Virus record (IMG/VR): IMGVR_UViG_3300043446_003110
Length of the DNA stretch: 64,000 nucleotides
Strand: one strand, 5' to 3'
Source of the DNA: a virus
Shown here piece after piece: positions 1-8,704 of the stretch (positions within the stretch are counted from its first letter, which is position 1; each line of letters begins with the position of its first letter). Below the pieces are notes generated by a model. It made no database searches, was not told where the DNA came from, and was given only the letters and a program-made list of their open reading frames with translations. The translations under genes and the position numbers were made by a program.

Positions 1-2
1 GT

Positions 3-167
3 CTGACCCGTGCGGGACAGGTGTTTGATAATAAGACTTGGGTAAGGTTTGACGAGATCGCTGGTAGTCTGATGGAAACGTCCTCAGACCGCTGGGCTAC
101 GATCCTGCGTCGTGCTGATACCTTCACCGACAAGGATTACGAGAAGGTTTTCGCTCTGACCGCTTAG
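3..167 (+). CDS. 3' end of a hypothetical phage protein (partial, runs off window)
   Basis: Open frame ...LTRAGQVFDNKTWVRFDEIAG...KVFALTA* ending TAG at 167, followed by a GC-rich hairpin. Confidence 0.6.
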   Translation: MTRAGQVFDNKTWVRFDEIAGSLMETSSDRWATILRRADTFTDKDYEKVFALTA

Positions 168-173
168 TTAGTG

Positions 174-215
174 GGAGGGAAGGGTTGGCGGGGTAAAACT
201 CGCCAGCCCTCTCTC
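174..215 (+). terminator. GC-rich stem-loop after upstream gene
   Basis: GGGAGGGAAGGGTTGGCGGG-GTAAAA-CTCGCCAGCCCTCTCTC imperfect inverted repeat; no clear U-tract. Confidence 0.5.
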
Positions 216-237
216 GCTAGTAACAAAGGAGAATAAT

Positions 238-498
238 ATGCCAAAGTATAGAGTATATATGAACTATGTCACCGCCCATAGGGCTGAGTTTATTGTAGAG
301 GCTAAAGACTCAGATGAACTTCATGACCTTATAGGTGAACTGGATATGGATTTTGTGGAAAACAATGCTGGCTTTCGCGTAACAGATTATGAACCCCCTG
401 TAATAGATGAATGGGAAAAGGTACATAAAGATATGCCAGTAGATGAAATCATGCAGCGGGCTATGGATGAAGTAAAGAATGCTTGGGAAGCGTTGTAG
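238..498 (+). CDS. hypothetical acidic protein
   Basis: ORF with AAGGAG SD. Confidence 0.7.
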   Translation: MPKYRVYMNYVTAHRAEFIVEAKDSDELHDLIGELDMDFVENNAGFRVTDYEPPVIDEWEKVHKDMPVDEIMQRAMDEVKNAWEAL

Positions 499-518
499 CG
501 TGGAACCGTGATTCGTTC

Positions 519-646
519 TAAGTCCTTGCAACACAAGGGTTTAGGGCGAACGCGGCCCGCCGCCCTATTCATAAGTCTTTTATTTTCAACCACTTACGTC
601 AAGTCTAATGGTGAGTGAACGTAAGTCCTTATTCCTCAAGTACTTG
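519..646. repeat. three copies of a 25-bp imperfect palindrome TAAGTnnTT-N7-AAnn(A/G)(C/T)TT(A/G)
   Basis: Copies at 519-543, 572-596 and 622-646 in a non-coding stretch. Confidence 0.75.
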
Positions 647-816
647 CGTCGAGTGTGTCGATATGGTACAATGGAGAGGATGCGTAGGTTGGTAAGATTG
701 GTAAAATAGATAATCTACGCAGATTACATAAGCTGCACAAATGGGGTTGTCCCTCCCAAATAATCGGGATCAACATATTGCAATACAGTCAGCGAGATTT
801 AACCAAGGAGATAATA

Positions 817-1089
817 ATGGCAAAGATTAAAAAAGAGAACGTTGAAGAGACTACAGTGAAAAAGAGTGATTATGGATATACTCCATGTGACTTTATATTT
901 GACCACGTAGAGAAGCCCGCTGACTATATATTCTCAAAGTGCTTCAATGTATTTGATGATAAGTGGCGTATCAATATATATAGTAAGCGTTACGTAGAAG
1001 GTATTGAGGGTAAGTATATCAGCAATAGTTATTTTGTCAAGTTCAATCCCGATAATAATAACATATGCTTTGTATCACCTAAGATATAG
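817..1089 (+). CDS. hypothetical protein
   Basis: ATG at 817 preceded by AAGGAG; ORF track 778..1089. Confidence 0.7.
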   Translation: MAKIKKENVEETTVKKSDYGYTPCDFIFDHVEKPADYIFSKCFNVFDDKWRINIYSKRYVEGIEGKYISNSYFVKFNPDNNNICFVSPKI

Positions 1090-1228
1090 AGATCGCCAGA
1101 GTAGCCATAGTCAGTGAGATGGGCTAAATTTTTGCCTTGACACTTGCCGATACTTCTGGTATACTTCGTTTGTATCACTCTAATCTTTAAGATCGCCAAA
1201 GTAGCTATAGTCAGTGAAGGGAGCTAAA
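1090..1228 (+). repeat. ~39-bp imperfect direct repeat, 100 bp apart, bracketing a promoter
   Basis: AGATCGCCAGAGTAGCCATAGTCAGTGAGATGGGCTAAA (1090) vs AGATCGCCAAAGTAGCTATAGTCAGTGAAGGGAGCTAAA (1190). Confidence 0.8.
1137..1165 (+). promoter_or_regulatory. sigma70-like early promoter with GCCGAT spacer motif
   Basis: TTGACA-17-TATACT with extended TG. Confidence 0.8.
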
Positions 1229-1666
1229 ATGAAAGTTAAACGTGGACAGAAACTTTGTAAGAATTGTAATGGTATTAACGGGGCTAGGTCACATACTTGT
1301 AAGCATTGTAATACTGAATTTGTAATCGGGGCTACCTCTAAAAATAAGAAGCCCGCCAAGATTAAGAAGCCGAAGAAGTTTGAAGAAATAGAAGATTGGA
1401 AGTCTCTTACTAATGGTGATCGTATTAAGGTAATCGGTCGTTCTGGTAATTATTATTTAGGTGAGAACGGCGATAAACAATATATGACTGATGCTGGTAT
1501 ATATACTGTTAAGAATCGCGACTCCGATGGCTTGATTGTTCATGCTAGTGATGGTGGTTGGGGGTATATATATATGGGGCCAGAAAAAGCTTCTGATACC
1601 ATTCCCAACATGTACCGTTCACCACATAAGATTGTAAGAGCTAATATATCAGTTCGTGTAAAGTAG
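1229..1666 (+). CDS. hypothetical protein with N-terminal C4 zinc ribbon
   Basis: CKNC...CKHC; GGGAG SD. Confidence 0.7.
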   Translation: MKVKRGQKLCKNCNGINGARSHTCKHCNTEFVIGATSKNKKPAKIKKPKKFEEIEDWKSLTNGDRIKVIGRSGNYYLGENGDKQYMTDAGIYTVKNRDSDGLIVHASDGGWGYIYMGPEKASDTIPNMYRSPHKIVRANISVRVK

Positions 1667-1753
1667 TCAAATTCCTCCAATATTTACAGTTATTAACACT
1701 TATTTATAGAAATGAGGGGCAAAACGCCCCAAATTTAATATGGAGAAAATATC

Positions 1754-2020
1754 ATGAAAACAAAGATAGAATTCTTTACAGATATGAGCGAATTGTTTGA
1801 AGAAGACTATGATGATAACGAAGGCTATAAGACATATAGAGAGATAGCTAGTTTAAAGAATAAGAGTCAAATCAAGGAAATGAGAGAGTTGATTGATATG
1901 GATATATCTAAAAGATTAGCATATCGACACGCCCTTGCTGCTAATGGTAAAGAACTTACACCTAGACAACTTGACCAGTATCTGACTATTATAGAGTATG
2001 CCCTAGACCATATGGAATAG
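1754..2020 (+). CDS. hypothetical protein
   Basis: ORF with GGAG SD. Confidence 0.7.
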   Translation: MKTKIEFFTDMSELFEEDYDDNEGYKTYREIASLKNKSQIKEMRELIDMDISKRLAYRHALAANGKELTPRQLDQYLTIIEYALDHME

Positions 2021-2300
2021 AGTATATACATACATACATATATACCATAGACCCCTATAGCCCCATAAAGGTTACTAGGGGTCTTACTCTATACATACTC
2101 TACATACGTACCCATACACTCCATAGACTCTAGAAAAATAGGCATATATGAAAATTTATTATTTATGTGAATTAGCCACGTATAAATCAAGATTTTGGTT
2201 TGGACTATGTAGTGTGTTATTACTCTTATGTATATGGAGTATAGTATGTTTGTTATATGTCTTATTTTGTAGTGTTAAACTCATGTGCTGGATAGTAGAC
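2021..2300. other. non-coding low-complexity region with AC-rich to GT-rich switch (origin-like?)
   Basis: TACA/CATA repeats on the left, TATG/GTAT on the right; no ORF. Confidence 0.35.
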
Positions 2301-2422
2301 TAACTTCCCTATTTAGACTCATTTTTGGGTGTATATAACTAGTAGAATGATGGAAACCATCCCACAAAAAACCATCGAAAAAAATATTAAAAGGGACAAA
2401 AACCCACAATTGGGAGAAAAAA

Positions 2423-2665
2423 ATGAGCGATATAAAACAAGAAATGGATCAAGTAATACAAGAACTTGAAAGCAAGGGCATAAAAGCTAATAGTCATACA
2501 AATAGTGAACTAACTGGCCTTGGAGATGTTGTAGAGAGTGCATTAAAATCTGTAGGAATTACAGAAGAAAGATTTAAAGAATGGTTCAACTTAAGAGAGT
2601 GTAATTGCAGTAAAAGAAAAGCTTGGCTAAATAATCTCTTCAGTTGGAGAAAAAATCAATTATGA
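2423..2665 (+). CDS. small phage protein with CxC motif
   Basis: GLGDVVES...ECNCSKRKAWLN; GTGTATA motif upstream at 2329. Confidence 0.7.
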   Translation: MSDIKQEMDQVIQELESKGIKANSHTNSELTGLGDVVESALKSVGITEERFKEWFNLRECNCSKRKAWLNNLFSWRKNQL

Positions 2666-3192
2666 TATCACAAATAGGTCAAGATGAGTTTGTATTAAAT
2701 ACTTGCAATAAAAAAAATAATGGAATTTTTATAGATATAGGTGCTGGTCATCCTATAGAAATAAATAACACATACATACTTGAGAATGACTTTAATTGGT
2801 CTGGACTTTCTTTCGATATAGGGCCACCATACACCCATGCTTGCTCTAATATGTCAATTGAAGAATACGATCAATTTTGGAAAAAAAATAGAAAATCAAA
2901 GTTATACATTGGAGATTGTACATCAACGAAATTTGAAGATATCTTCATAGAAAATAATATACCTAAAAATATAGATTATTTATCTATAGATCTTGAACCA
3001 CCCAAAATAACATTTGAGGTATTAAAAAAATTACCATTTAACAAATACATATTTAATATAATAACATTTGAGCATGATAATTATCGAAATACTGAGATAT
3101 TATTACCATCAAGAGAATTTTTATGCAATCTTGGATATGAATTGGTTAAAACTGTAAATGATCAAGAAGATTGGTACGTATACAAAAATTAA
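2662..3192 (+). CDS. FkbM-like SAM-dependent methyltransferase
   Basis: SQIGQD, FIDIGAGHP, IDYLSIDLE, ITFEHD motifs. Confidence 0.8.
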   Translation: MISQIGQDEFVLNTCNKKNNGIFIDIGAGHPIEINNTYILENDFNWSGLSFDIGPPYTHACSNMSIEEYDQFWKKNRKSKLYIGDCTSTKFEDIFIENNIPKNIDYLSIDLEPPKITFEVLKKLPFNKYIFNIITFEHDNYRNTEILLPSREFLCNLGYELVKTVNDQEDWYVYKN

Positions 3193-3194
3193 GT

Positions 3195-3222
3195 TTGACA
3201 ACCGACACAGCCGATGTATAAT
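3195..3222 (+). promoter_or_regulatory. sigma70-like promoter
   Basis: TTGACA-16-TATAAT with GCCGAT in spacer. Confidence 0.75.
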
Positions 3223-3255
3223 AGTGTAGTACCCTGACACTATACGAGAAATTAC

Positions 3256-4170
3256 ATGAAAATTGGCCTCTGTTGTATATCTTTACAGTTGCAGGAACTT
3301 GACGATCCAGTTAAGTTCCAGACTATGACATTCAAGCGTTTTTCTAGCTTGCCTAGATCAGAGGCTATATCTATCCTTGGTGATCGCATACTAAACAATA
3401 TGTATGTTACCAATGAAATAATCAAACATTGTGCCGCCAATGACTATTGCTACAGGCTTAGTAGTGACCTTTTCCCACTTATTACTTATGATGAAGCTAA
3501 AGTCGATCTAGAGGATTTGCCTAATTATGATGACATTCAAGACAGTTTTGATATACTGGAGGAAACTATTACCTCTACAAATGTTCGCATTTCTTGTCAT
3601 CCTAGTGAGTTTAATGTCCTCGCTTCAACCAATGCTTCCGCAGTCGAAAAAACAATCACAGAACTTAATTTCTATTCTTCATTCATGGACCGTATCGGCT
3701 GTCCCACAGACTACAGATCTCCCATGAATTTACATGTTCATAACAAGACGGGAGATTACGATGCTATCATATCTAGATTTCTTAGCAATTTTAATCTTCT
3801 TGACCCCAATTGTCGTAGCCGATTGGTTGTCGAGAATGACGATAAGATAAACTGTTGGAGTGTACGCGAACTTACCTCTATATTTCATTCTAAGACCGGA
3901 ATACCAATCACATTCGACTATTTACATCACGCCTGTCATCCAGACGGTTTATCAGAGAACGAGGCTATAAACGCCTGCTACGCAACGTGGGGCGATTATA
4001 GACCATTGTTCCATTACAGTGAGAGTCGCCCCGGCAATAATCCACGGGCGCATTCAGATTACGCTAACAATATATTCAATACTCATGGCCTTGACTTTGA
4101 TCTTGATTTTGAACTCAAAATGAAAGATCATGCAATTTCACGTTATATGGAGAATGTTGTAGGTGCATAA
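3256..4170 (+). CDS. uvsE: UV DNA damage endonuclease (UvsE/UvdE family)
   Basis: YRLSSDLFP, RISCHPSEFNVLAS, RLVVENDDK, FDYLHH, FHYSES, AHSDY, ELKMKD. Confidence 0.92.
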   Translation: MKIGLCCISLQLQELDDPVKFQTMTFKRFSSLPRSEAISILGDRILNNMYVTNEIIKHCAANDYCYRLSSDLFPLITYDEAKVDLEDLPNYDDIQDSFDILEETITSTNVRISCHPSEFNVLASTNASAVEKTITELNFYSSFMDRIGCPTDYRSPMNLHVHNKTGDYDAIISRFLSNFNLLDPNCRSRLVVENDDKINCWSVRELTSIFHSKTGIPITFDYLHHACHPDGLSENEAINACYATWGDYRPLFHYSESRPGNNPRAHSDYANNIFNTHGLDFDLDFELKMKDHAISRYMENVVGA

Positions 4171-4523
4171 TGGATAAAGATAAAGAACCGCTAGTAGTAA
4201 TAAAAGATATAAAGAAAACTGCTAAGTATATTGGTAAAGATGTTGCTAAAAATAGAGGAATTCCATTAGATGAATTCACTAATTACATCAAACCAAAAGA
4301 GATTGTATCTATCATCAAACAATATTCTATATCTAGGGGCGACAAATATCTCATGAATACTAAAATATTGCAAAAAATATTTACTGAGGTACATGATTGG
4401 GTTTTAGGAGTCACATTATCCAAAATGGCTTCTAAAGATATAATTGATACATATTGGGATGAAACTTTAAATTGTATGACTTTTGCACCAAAGGAGAATA
4501 ATAATGGCACGAAAATTGTTTAA
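4170..4523 (+). CDS. hypothetical protein
   Basis: TAATG-coupled ORF. Confidence 0.7.
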   Translation: MDKDKEPLVVIKDIKKTAKYIGKDVAKNRGIPLDEFTNYIKPKEIVSIIKQYSISRGDKYLMNTKILQKIFTEVHDWVLGVTLSKMASKDIIDTYWDETLNCMTFAPKENNNGTKIV

Positions 4524-4773
4524 GCCTCGACAACATGAATCTGGATCAGTTGTTACTACTAAAACTCATTATGGATCAGATTCTACAATGATTGTAGATC
4601 TGTCACAATATAAACCAATTTCAATTAATACAGATGAAGTAGTCTGTAAGGATGATCGTGGATTTTATATCACAAAAAAGAATCGTATAAACAGTGGATT
4701 GGCGGACCCTAATCGTCATTCTGACGAAAAAGCAAGGATAACGCTTGAAGAACTAGAAGTTTCAAGTTCTTGA
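4504..4773 (+). CDS. hypothetical protein
   Basis: ATG at 4504 after AAGGAG. Confidence 0.7.
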   Translation: MARKLFKPRQHESGSVVTTKTHYGSDSTMIVDLSQYKPISINTDEVVCKDDRGFYITKKNRINSGLADPNRHSDEKARITLEELEVSSS

Positions 4774-4798
4774 CAGGAAATAGACGATACTGTAGAAT
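4770..4798 (+). promoter_or_regulatory. sigma70-like promoter
   Basis: TTGACA-17-TAGAAT with GACGAT in spacer. Confidence 0.7.
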
Positions 4799-4822
4799 AC
4801 GTTCAATCGCAAAGGAGTTAAC

Positions 4823-4993
4823 ATGACTTGGCGAGAACTAATGCAGTTCATACAAAAGCAAGATAAACACACTTTAGATGAGGAAGTCAAAATATATGTT
4901 CATGCTGACAATTCAGAATATCCAGTAGAGATAACTGAGTTACTTCATGAAGGTTGGATTCCTTATTTAGCAATTAACGAAGAAGAGGAATAA
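4823..4993 (+). CDS. 56-aa acidic protein (MTWRELMQFI...), paralog of next ORF; not in ORF track
   Basis: AAGGAG SD; hand translation. Confidence 0.7.
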   Translation: MTWRELMQFIQKQDKHTLDEEVKIYVHADNSEYPVEITELLHEGWIPYLAINEEEE

Positions 4994-4994
4994 T

Positions 4995-5174
4995 ATGACT
5001 TGGGGCGAACTTAAAAAGTATATCGAAGATAAGCCCGGTATTCATAACGACGTTGTATATGTTTATGATTTCGTTGATGGTTCTGAGTACGAAGCGGATA
5101 TTGATGAGTTTAAGGTTAATGATGGAGAATGGTTTCCTAGTATAACGATTAATGCGTCTAACTTGGAGGAATAA
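4995..5174 (+). CDS. 59-aa acidic protein (MTWGELKKYI...); not in ORF track
   Basis: GAGG SD; shares MTWxEL..SEY..G(E)WxP..IN pattern with 4823..4993. Confidence 0.7.
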   Translation: MTWGELKKYIEDKPGIHNDVVYVYDFVDGSEYEADIDEFKVNDGEWFPSITINASNLEE

Positions 5175-5176
5175 AC

Positions 5177-5509
5177 ATGAAGATTGCAAATAAGAAGCGT
5201 AAACAGGTTTCCATTGAGTTTCTTGAGCATATCAAGAATACTGTCAATGATATGCTTTCTACACGAATTCCTCAGTCTACCAAGCAAAAGCTTTGTATTC
5301 TTGTAGAAAAAATGTTAATGGAGACTAAGAGTTATGAAGGATTTAAGTATCTATACTGGAGTAGGTATGGTTGTCTTGATTGGGAAGACGCCAAGCAAAA
5401 GGGAGTTTATAAACACGTTCCGCAGGAATATATAATCGGTCCAGATGTTACCAACGATCCAGAATTTATTAGTGACATACAGGGCGAATATTCTAGACGA
5501 TATATATGA
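5177..5509 (+). CDS. hypothetical protein
   Basis: ORF with GGAGG SD. Confidence 0.7.
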   Translation: MKIANKKRKQVSIEFLEHIKNTVNDMLSTRIPQSTKQKLCILVEKMLMETKSYEGFKYLYWSRYGCLDWEDAKQKGVYKHVPQEYIIGPDVTNDPEFISDIQGEYSRRYI

Positions 5510-5698
5510 TAAAGTTAGCGTCAGCAATAATCATCAGTTCCACAATACCGACTGTTGATTACAGTCCATCAAATAAATATGTGATTGACGGTGATTATTC
5601 TGACACTATACGAGAACATTATCCTCAGTTAATTAGACAAGATGATTTGACAGATTTACTATACAAGACTTTAATAGAAGAAATAGAAAGAGGACAAC

Positions 5699-6028
5699 AT
5701 GGACCGATTCGACATGGAGAATGAACTTACAAATCTAAATAAGATTAGCGACGATATTAAGACTATTGCTGGTCAAATTATTGATGGTACACTAGACAGA
5801 GATGATGCATTTGCTGCCCTTCATGGGCTTGCTATTCTTCATGAGGCTAGGTATAATGTCGCTTGGGACACATTCCTACAAGTATTCAAACTTGATGAAT
5901 ATTCTGATCTTCACAATGAAGATGATGATACAAATTCTATAAATGACTGCGATACTTGCGATAGATATATTAAGGATGTATTTTCTAAGTATAATTACCC
6001 CGATGAAGATAAAACTGTTTGGTATTAA
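5699..6028 (+). CDS. hypothetical acidic protein
   Basis: ORF with GAGG SD. Confidence 0.65.
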   Translation: MDRFDMENELTNLNKISDDIKTIAGQIIDGTLDRDDAFAALHGLAILHEARYNVAWDTFLQVFKLDEYSDLHNEDDDTNSINDCDTCDRYIKDVFSKYNYPDEDKTVWY

Positions 6029-6030
6029 TT

Positions 6031-6462
6031 ATGGATCAAGAACTAGAAGATAAACTTTACGAAAAGTATCCCCAATTCTTTAGTAATAAAGACAAGGGGA
6101 TTATGCAAAGTTGTATGGCATGGGGTTGTGAATGCGGAAATGGTTGGTTTGATATTATATCCAACCTATGTTGGTACATAAAACAACACGAAGACAACAT
6201 TATAGGTCAAACAAAATGGAAACAACAAACGAATCCAGATTATATATCTAATTATATTCCAGTAAAGTTTGATCAAATAAAAGAAAAGTTTGGTGGTCTT
6301 CGCGTATATCTTAGTGGTGGCGATGATTATGTTAAGGGTTTAGTTAGTATGGCAGAAGGATTTAGTTACAAAATTTGTGAAGTTTGCGGTGAACGCGGAA
6401 GCCCGAATAAGGGTGGATGGATAACAACTCTTTGTGAAGGATGTAAAAATAAAAATGGATAA
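6031..6462 (+). CDS. conserved phage protein with C-terminal Zn ribbon
   Basis: CGNGWFDII, QIKEKFGGLRVY, CEVCG...GWITTLC. Confidence 0.75.
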   Translation: MDQELEDKLYEKYPQFFSNKDKGIMQSCMAWGCECGNGWFDIISNLCWYIKQHEDNIIGQTKWKQQTNPDYISNYIPVKFDQIKEKFGGLRVYLSGGDDYVKGLVSMAEGFSYKICEVCGERGSPNKGGWITTLCEGCKNKNG

Positions 6463-6727
6463 AGTATCTAATCCTATTGAGTTTTTAATTGAGTTTGCTT
6501 GGGCAAGCGGTGCTGATCAATTTACAGTCAACAATGCCAAAGATGAACTTAAAAAACTGCGATCTAATGCTGAATTGCCATTCTACAATGTTGCATGGGC
6601 CAGTATAAATGAACGTGGAGACATATATAATCTTACATTGCATTATAATCGTTTTGATGAAGAAAGATTAATTCCATTATATGCCAACAGAGAAGAACTA
6701 AAGAAGTGGCTTGACAAGAACCGATGA
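6455..6727 (+). CDS. hypothetical protein
   Basis: ORF in operon context. Confidence 0.6.
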   Translation: MDKVSNPIEFLIEFAWASGADQFTVNNAKDELKKLRSNAELPFYNVAWASINERGDIYNLTLHYNRFDEERLIPLYANREELKKWLDKNR

Positions 6728-7168
6728 CAGTGGTATACTCACTTCTATCAGTCCCGCGTGTAACTTTCTATGACAATTTGAACAAATTACTAGACATTTA
6801 TCAATTTCTTTCATAATTGTTTCTATAGAGTTTGCACCCTTAGACATTATAGAAATGTTGATTTCTTTTTCGTTTGGATCTAAATGATGAAAATCTAAAC
6901 AAACTGGAGTATTTTCTTGACAAAAATGACAGCCTTTTTCAGATTTATACTCAGATACAAATTGACGATTACGCTCACGATATAGTACATTATTTTTTCT
7001 AGCACGTTTGCGATAATCATCTTTATTTGAAAGATAATGTTTTTTAGAACATTCAGATTGACATTTTTTACATCTAGATTGCAATTTTCCTCTTTGTTTG
7101 TCCTTAAATCCAAATTCAGACACATTTTTTTCCTCTTGACAAGTGCCGCAAACTTTGGTATGATACAT
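6698..7168 (-). CDS. HNH endonuclease (free-standing, tRNA-adjacent)
   Basis: CGTC/CKKC Zn finger; CHFC..LDFHHLDP..KCLVICSNCHRKLH; SD GAGGAG on the minus strand overlaps the tRNA-Leu 5' end; ATG at 7168. Confidence 0.85.
   Translation of the reverse strand: MYHTKVCGTCQEEKNVSEFGFKDKQRGKLQSRCKKCQSECSKKHYLSNKDDYRKRARKNNVLYRERNRQFVSEYKSEKGCHFCQENTPVCLDFHHLDPNEKEINISIMSKGANSIETIMKEIDKCLVICSNCHRKLHAGLIEVSIPLSSVLVKPLL
6711..6739 (+). promoter_or_regulatory. sigma70-like promoter (upstream of HNH/tRNA-Leu)
   Basis: TTGACA-17-TATACT with ACCGAT in spacer. Confidence 0.75.
7136..7164 (+). promoter_or_regulatory. sigma70-like promoter embedded antisense in the HNH coding sequence, directly upstream of tRNA-Leu
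   Basis: TTGACA-17-TATGAT with TG extension. Confidence 0.65.
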
Positions 7169-7179
7169 AGATAACACTC

Positions 7180-7262
7180 CTCACGGTGGCGAAATTGGTA
7201 TACGCAAGACACTTAAAATGTCTCGACTATTAGTCATGTGGGTTCGACTCCCACCCGTGAGA
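7180..7262 (+). tRNA. tRNA-Leu(TAA)
   Basis: Acceptor CTCACGG/CCGTGAG, anticodon stem AGACA-CTTAAAA-TGTCT, long variable arm, T arm GTGGGTTCGACTCCCAC; no encoded CCA. Confidence 0.92.
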
Positions 7263-7326
7263 TTATACACCAAAACGTTTTAAGTAACAACAACAAAATT
7301 CAAAAATTACCTTTAAGGAGTAAATT

Positions 7327-8421
7327 ATGCTCAAGCTTGAACTTAGTTTTAATCCATTTGATGATAAAAGCACACAGAATGATGTTAACAGGAGCGGTTA
7401 TGTGAATATGAGAAACCGATTCTTGGATTCATTTGGCGGTGGTCATATACTTTGCTATAATAATAATCCACGTAAGAAACTCAGTGGTATGAATCATACT
7501 ACTATGATTAGCGAAGTTATAGACAATAACATCAAAAACAGTTCTGATGCTTATTTCTATATCAATGGATTACGCAAGAAGGATGATATAAAGTCTGTTC
7601 GTGCTTGCTACATTGATCTTGATGCTGGTCGAGACAACAATGGACATTATTTTTCTCCTAAGATTGTCAAGGAAAAGAAGAAGCAGTTCCTTAACATGAT
7701 CAACAGTTTTGCCGTCGAGCCAACATGGGTTGTCGATACACGAAATGGTTATCAAGTTTATTGGGTTCTTTGTGATAAGGATCATCAACTTGGACTTACG
7801 AAAAACAAAAAGTATTGGACAGGCATTCAGAAGAAGCTTGCCAATTATTTTAATGCTGATATTCGTGCCATGAAGATTAATCAAATCTTTCGCGTTCCTT
7901 ATACTTGGTGGCGTAAGCCTTGGGAGGGTAAGAAGTCATATTTTTCTACGCTTCTTGAAGGTTGCAGCGGTAAGAAGGTTAGTATTGTACAACTTCAAGA
8001 GGCTCTTACTGGTCAATCAGCACAGATTCATGTTCAGTCCGCAAAGAGCAGCGATGCTTGGTATGAGTCTTGGCGTGAAGCGTCTAAGAAAGCCGATGCC
8101 AATTCTGTGCCATTGACAGTTGACGCCGCTACCAGCATACTTAACAAACTGGTTAAGCAAGACGCTAACGCTGTATTGGTTCTTAACGAGGATGATGATA
8201 TTCCAGATTACAACGAGGCAGATATTGATGAAGATGAGGATACCAATCCAATATTCAGCAATAAGTGCATACCAAATGAAGCTCAACTTCGTTTGCTTTC
8301 AACTGTTGTGGATTTTCTCAATCAAGTTTCTACACCATTGTTTTTCAGTAATAATAAGTTTCTTTCTGCTTCGGCAAAAGATCTTGCTGCTAAACTCAGT
8401 GATGAATTTTGCGTTGGTTAA
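7327..8421 (+). CDS. RepB-like/AEP-superfamily primase domain protein
   Basis: ACYIDLD, PTWVVDTRNGYQVYW, QIFRVPYT motifs; acidic C-terminal linker. Confidence 0.7.
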   Translation: MLKLELSFNPFDDKSTQNDVNRSGYVNMRNRFLDSFGGGHILCYNNNPRKKLSGMNHTTMISEVIDNNIKNSSDAYFYINGLRKKDDIKSVRACYIDLDAGRDNNGHYFSPKIVKEKKKQFLNMINSFAVEPTWVVDTRNGYQVYWVLCDKDHQLGLTKNKKYWTGIQKKLANYFNADIRAMKINQIFRVPYTWWRKPWEGKKSYFSTLLEGCSGKKVSIVQLQEALTGQSAQIHVQSAKSSDAWYESWREASKKADANSVPLTVDAATSILNKLVKQDANAVLVLNEDDDIPDYNEADIDEDEDTNPIFSNKCIPNEAQLRLLSTVVDFLNQVSTPLFFSNNKFLSASAKDLAAKLSDEFCVG

Positions 8422-8440
8422 ACTACTTGGAGAATAACTG

Positions 8441-8704
8441 ATGAAAACTCTTAATGAAATGATTAATGAATTGACCGCTCTGCGTGATAAACTTGGTGGA
8501 AATGTTCAGGTATTCTTTGATAAGAATGGCTGCGACGATGCTGCAAGATCAATTACAGATGTTGAGGAAGTAGGATATTTTACAGATGACGATGGAGAGT
8601 TTTATTGGACTAGCGATTACGAACCAGAAAACTATCAAGTTCATAAACTGGTCAGAATTTACTCTGACAGAAGTTCTTTGTTTGATAATTTGGAGAATAA
8701 CTAA
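8441..8704 (+). CDS. cassette-like hypothetical protein ending LENN*
   Basis: Starts and ends in the junction repeat. Confidence 0.75.
   Translation: MKTLNEMINELTALRDKLGGNVQVFFDKNGCDDAARSITDVEEVGYFTDDDGEFYWTSDYEPENYQVHKLVRIYSDRSSLFDNLENN

Noticed and set aside
8120-8437. 105-aa + strand ORF ending in the first junction repeat
   Set aside because: Overlaps the primase-like gene out of frame; no SD; probably spurious.
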